NCBI GenBank assembly: GCA_049512075.1
Contig: JBEKXL010000003.1
Coordinates: 128,001 to 192,000, forward strand
Direction of reading: 5' to 3'
Length of the DNA stretch: 64,000 bases
Origin: Candidatus Bathyarchaeia archaeon
GTDB lineage: Archaea; Thermoproteota; Bathyarchaeia; Bathyarchaeales; Bathycorpusculaceae
The position numbers and the translations under genes were made by a program. Within the stretch, counting starts at the first letter, position 1. Every line of letters starts with the position of its first letter. The notes beneath the pieces are model-generated. The model had not been told where the DNA came from, did no database searches, and saw nothing but the letters and a program-made list of their open reading frames with translations. Shown here piece after piece: positions 60,708-64,000 of this stretch.

Positions 60708-60773
60708 GCTCCCCGATGAGTTGGTGAAAATCCAACGAAACCTGCCGTTATGCACCCAACGGTAGGTCGGAGC
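60708..60773 (+). ncRNA. type I hammerhead ribozyme (U4C core variant)
   Basis: Stem I GCTCC/GGAGC; CCGATGA; stem II GTTGG/CCAAC; GAAA; stem III CCTGCCGTT/AACGGTAGG; GUC cleavage triplet 60766-60768. Confidence 0.85.
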
Positions 60774-60970
60774 GTGCGTGTAAATCGTCCGCGCATAAGC
60801 TCCCAGCTTCGACCAATGGGAGGCTTGCAGGGTAAACGGCTTCCCCTTGCAAGCTTCCAACTCACAGTTGCCTTATGATTGGGGGCAACGACCGTCGCTT
60901 AAGTGGGACGGCCTACCGGGACCTTGACGCGCCGCGCGCCAGACCCCTCCTAATAACGAGATGATGTAAG

Positions 60971-61144
60971 ATGCCTAAACCTCCACGCAACGATAAGGTT
61001 TTGTATTGGGACAGCGAGCGACACGAATACGTCCTGCTGCCGGCACCGCTTAAGGCACATTGGGGATTGAAGCGGAAACGAATAGCCCTGGTGCGCGGCA
61101 GGGAAAGAGCAGGAATGTGGAAAGATGTCAGAAAAGAAGCCTGA
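60971..61144 (+). CDS. 57-aa basic hypothetical protein
   Basis: Hand translation MPKPPRNDKVLYWDSERHEYVLLPAPLKAHWGLKRKRIALVRGRERAGMWKDVRKEA; fills a gap in the operon. Confidence 0.5.
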   Translation: MPKPPRNDKVLYWDSERHEYVLLPAPLKAHWGLKRKRIALVRGRERAGMWKDVRKEA

Positions 61145-61217
61145 TTGGAAGCCTAAGTCACCATCAAGAAAGAAGTGGATGGAAAACGGGAAAGACTAAA
61201 ACGGAGGCGAATGTAAA

Positions 61218-61622
61218 ATGAAGAATGAGGAAACGTTGCTACCTAGAGCCTGTCCATTGTATCTTGAACTGTGTCCTTACGACCTGAAAAGACTAGGCGA
61301 ACCAAGACTGGAACAAGGCAGATGCCCAGTGCCAAGCTTGATCACCAAGAACATTGTTGAAGCAGGAGCAAAGGAAGACCCTAAACAAATGGTTTATGTT
61401 ACTTGCCCCGAAGTTTATCGACAAAACAAAAACGCTATTGACGACCCAACTCAAGGAATAGGAGGCGTTGTGTGTTATCGTCCTTCCGATCTTACAACCG
61501 ACTTCCGCGATTGCCAATTTTACAGCGAGTGGTTTTGCAAGTACAGGGGCAAGAAACCGAAACCGTACAAAGCACCACCTAAGAAACAAGAGTTGGTTCA
61601 TAAGAGCAGGTTAGAGAAATGA
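61218..61622 (+). CDS. Cys-rich hypothetical protein
   Basis: SD GGAGG; seven Cys including several CP; overlaps the ATPase start. Confidence 0.7.
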   Translation: MKNEETLLPRACPLYLELCPYDLKRLGEPRLEQGRCPVPSLITKNIVEAGAKEDPKQMVYVTCPEVYRQNKNAIDDPTQGIGGVVCYRPSDLTTDFRDCQFYSEWFCKYRGKKPKPYKAPPKKQELVHKSRLEK

Positions 61623-62977
61623 AGCGTTTTACTGATAAAGACTTCGCGCGCGCCATAGTAGTTTATCGAGAAGTCGCTATGGCAAAGAAGAGAGTCAAAC
61701 GAACGCCAGGCGAGCTGATTAACAAAACCCTTTTTGAACAGGTCGAAGACGGCAAATATCTAGGCGTTGACCTCTCCGAGTTACAGTTTATCACAGGCAA
61801 GGAAGGGCCGCTAACCAAGTGGGAGACTGATGACCTTGACTACCTTCCCCTCCCGCGCCTTCCATGGCGAAGGCTTCACCCACTCTGCATAACGGAAGAA
61901 AGTGCGGAACAACTCTACACAGATGTTAGGCGTTTCATCTACGACCACATCGACTTCTCCAAAGACGTTGAATACGACCTCTGCGCTTCATGGGTTCTGC
62001 ACACTTGGAGATTGGAAAACTGGAACGTCACACCCTACCTGTCCTTCTTTGGCCCACCAGCAAGCGGCAAGACGTGGGCGATGGAAGTGTTAGCGGCGTT
62101 GTCGTTTAGGTCGCTGTTAGCCGCTATGTCGCCAGCCTCACTCTACTACGCCACGCAAGAATGGCATCCCACCTGCTTCCTTGACGAGACAGAGATGTAT
62201 TTGAGAGGGGAAGAGAAGGCCGACATCCTCAACTATCTGAACATGGGCTACCGGCGCGGGCAAGTGGTAATAAGGACAACAGAGGATAAGGACGGCTCAC
62301 GCTCACCTGTAATGTTTGACGTTTTCGGGCCTAAGTGCCTTGCTGGAACCAAAGAACTATTCGACACCTTGAAGTCTCGCAGCTTCACTTTTACCATGAG
62401 CAGGAAGACGCGCGAGATTAAGATGACAATCGATGAGGACGCCATTCTCCAACTTAGAAACAGGTTGTTCTCGTACAGGGTCAGGCAGCTAGCGGCAAAC
62501 AGAAATCTCATTCTGTCCGCTGACACTTTCCTAAACCAAATCAGAGACGGCAGACTACGAGAGTTGTTTCACCCGCTAATCTCCTGCTGCCCTCAATCTG
62601 TTATTCCCCTGCTTGTCGAATATGCCGTACAACTAGACACCGAGAAAGAGCAGGAGGAAGCTCTAAGTTTGGAAGCGAGGGTTTTCAATGCTGTTCTAAA
62701 GGCTCGGCAACTCAACGAAGACTTTATTCCGCTAAAGGCCGTTGCTGAAATTGTGAACGAGAACCTCCCACTGAAGGAAGGTTTTAGCAATCGCGCCATA
62801 GGCACATACGTTGCAAAACTAGGCTTCAAGAAACAAATCCATAAGAACCGTGCGCACGTTGTCTGGGACGAGAAACTCATCACTCGCCTTGCCAAACGCT
62901 ATCCAATCGACAAAGCAGATGATAGCCCTCCTGAACCTGAACCGTACGACCATTACGCTCACCCTCCTCAGACGTGA
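61619..62977 (+). CDS. P-loop ATPase, putative replication helicase-like protein of the element
   Basis: Walker A GPPASGKT, Walker B CFLDE, LNMGYRRG, FGPK, LKSR arginine finger; wHTH-like C-terminus. Confidence 0.8.
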   Translation: MKRFTDKDFARAIVVYREVAMAKKRVKRTPGELINKTLFEQVEDGKYLGVDLSELQFITGKEGPLTKWETDDLDYLPLPRLPWRRLHPLCITEESAEQLYTDVRRFIYDHIDFSKDVEYDLCASWVLHTWRLENWNVTPYLSFFGPPASGKTWAMEVLAALSFRSLLAAMSPASLYYATQEWHPTCFLDETEMYLRGEEKADILNYLNMGYRRGQVVIRTTEDKDGSRSPVMFDVFGPKCLAGTKELFDTLKSRSFTFTMSRKTREIKMTIDEDAILQLRNRLFSYRVRQLAANRNLILSADTFLNQIRDGRLRELFHPLISCCPQSVIPLLVEYAVQLDTEKEQEEALSLEARVFNAVLKARQLNEDFIPLKAVAEIVNENLPLKEGFSNRAIGTYVAKLGFKKQIHKNRAHVVWDEKLITRLAKRYPIDKADDSPPEPEPYDHYAHPPQT

Positions 62978-63164
62978 AGACGTGATAGACGTGGTAGCAG
63001 GAACCATACCCCCCTTGCAATACGCGAATACGTGATCATCAAGTGAGTGAGTTTTATAAGATTTTTATTTATCTCTTCAAATCATCCTTCTTTTGCTGAC
63101 AGAACAACGGCACAGCAGCAGGGTATATGGTCTCCTGTTCCCCGTCTTTCACGTCTTCGCGTCT
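62970..63164. repeat. origin-like ~44-bp imperfect inverted repeat around an AT-rich core
   Basis: AGACGTGAAGACGTGATAGACGTGGTAGCAGGAACCATACCC vs reverse complement of 63121-63164 AGACGCGAAGACGTGAAAGACGGGGAACAGGAGACCATATACCC. Confidence 0.75.
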
Positions 63165-63180
63165 CACTAGCGACCAACAG

Positions 63181-63869
63181 CGAACTTGCCATGCGGGAGT
63201 ATCCGAAACGTCGAACCTGCAATCTGCCCGATTTCTACCTGCTTTGACAAGTTGATGATGAGTTCGAAGCGAACTGCCAACATCGAACTTGGAGTATCCA
63301 ATGGGCGGCTTTCGAACTTCAATCTGCCCAAAACATCCCTGCTTTACTGCCAATCTCCTCAAATCATCCTTGTTATCTGCCCATTTTATCCTTACCGAAG
63401 TGTAGGTGTGCTGAACAACAGGAGATGCCCATTTCATCCTTGCATTGGCGTTTGTGGGACGTTTCAGGCAGCAGGATTGAGCGTCGAACTGGGACGAATA
63501 ATGTAAAATACGCCCAAATCGTCCTTGTTTTCGGAAATCGGGCGTGTCAAGCGACTGTAAAAATCTTGGAAGTCGAACCTCAAAACTCAACCTAACCGCG
63601 GTAGGTCGCCGCTGCTTTGTACTTATTGTGCTTTTCCGAAATCCAGTCGAAAAATACACCATCATTTCCCATGCAAGCGTCTAGGCGTCGAACTGTAGCG
63701 GAAAGGGTCGAACTGGGGAGATTTCGAAGCGAACTGGGCGAACTAGGAAAGAATCTGGGAGATTGCTTTTTCATTGTTTCCTGCTGTCTCCCATGCCATC
63801 ATCGGATACTCACCTAAAACTCGTCTATCCTCCCCTGCTTGCAGATTTGACTCTCGAACTGGGGAGATT
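63181..63869 (+). repeat. dispersed CGAAC(T/C) repeat field
   Basis: 12 same-strand copies; longer exact repeats TCGAACTGGGGAGATT and TTCGAAGCGAACTG each occur twice. Confidence 0.75.
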
Positions 63870-64000
63870 AAGGTGTTCAGCAGCGAGACATTCACTTTTC
63901 CATCAAAATTCCTGCACCTTGCGTTCTTTAAATGGTGTCTCCCCTGCTGAAGGTCGAGATCGCTGTTGAACTGTCAACTGCTAAAGCGTCGCCATGCTAG

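Larger units (their letters stand above)
56830..64000. mobile_element. integrated virus/plasmid-like element (right end outside the window; left boundary approximate)
   Basis: Tyrosine recombinase, divergent wHTH/RHH regulators, tightly packed orphan ORFs, P-loop replication ATPase, origin-like repeats. Confidence 0.85.

Noticed and set aside
63069-63665. 198-aa minus-strand ORF
   Set aside because: No recognisable motifs; overlaps the origin-like repeat and motif field; probably spurious.
63181-63869. CRISPR array
   Set aside because: Repeats are short, degenerate and irregularly spaced; no cas genes.

Overview
Archaeal chromosomal window, most likely Bathyarchaeia (TACK). This is an inference from the gene set (DUF1512, PolB3-type polymerase, archaeal DnaG/pelota/aaRSs, grpE-dnaK-dnaJ, tungsten AOR), intron-containing tRNA and frequent TTG starts. 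Housekeeping content: SOD-glutaredoxin-ferredoxin:disulfide reductase, nth, LDH, Hsp70 operon, a Mg/Zn transport cluster, peptidases, an ABC-2 exporter, tRNA-Trp, 5S rRNA, map, trpS/pheS/pheT/tyrS, dnaG, polB, aor and pelota. The most unusual signals are: (1) an integrated virus/plasmid-like element from ~56.8 kb to the window end with an atypical tyrosine recombinase, a stand-alone integrase N-domain, an origin-like inverted repeat and a type I hammerhead ribozyme starting immediately after a stop codon; (2) a ~320-nt structured non-coding element upstream of tyrS that I cannot assign to a known class; (3) strong intergenic enrichment of GCGCGC, which marks junctions of gene fragments; (4) a decayed islet in tRNA-Trp whose two att-like copies differ in intron number; (5) apparent ACG start codons for dnaG and mgtA. 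All calls are by eye from the sequence and ORF track, with no database searches.
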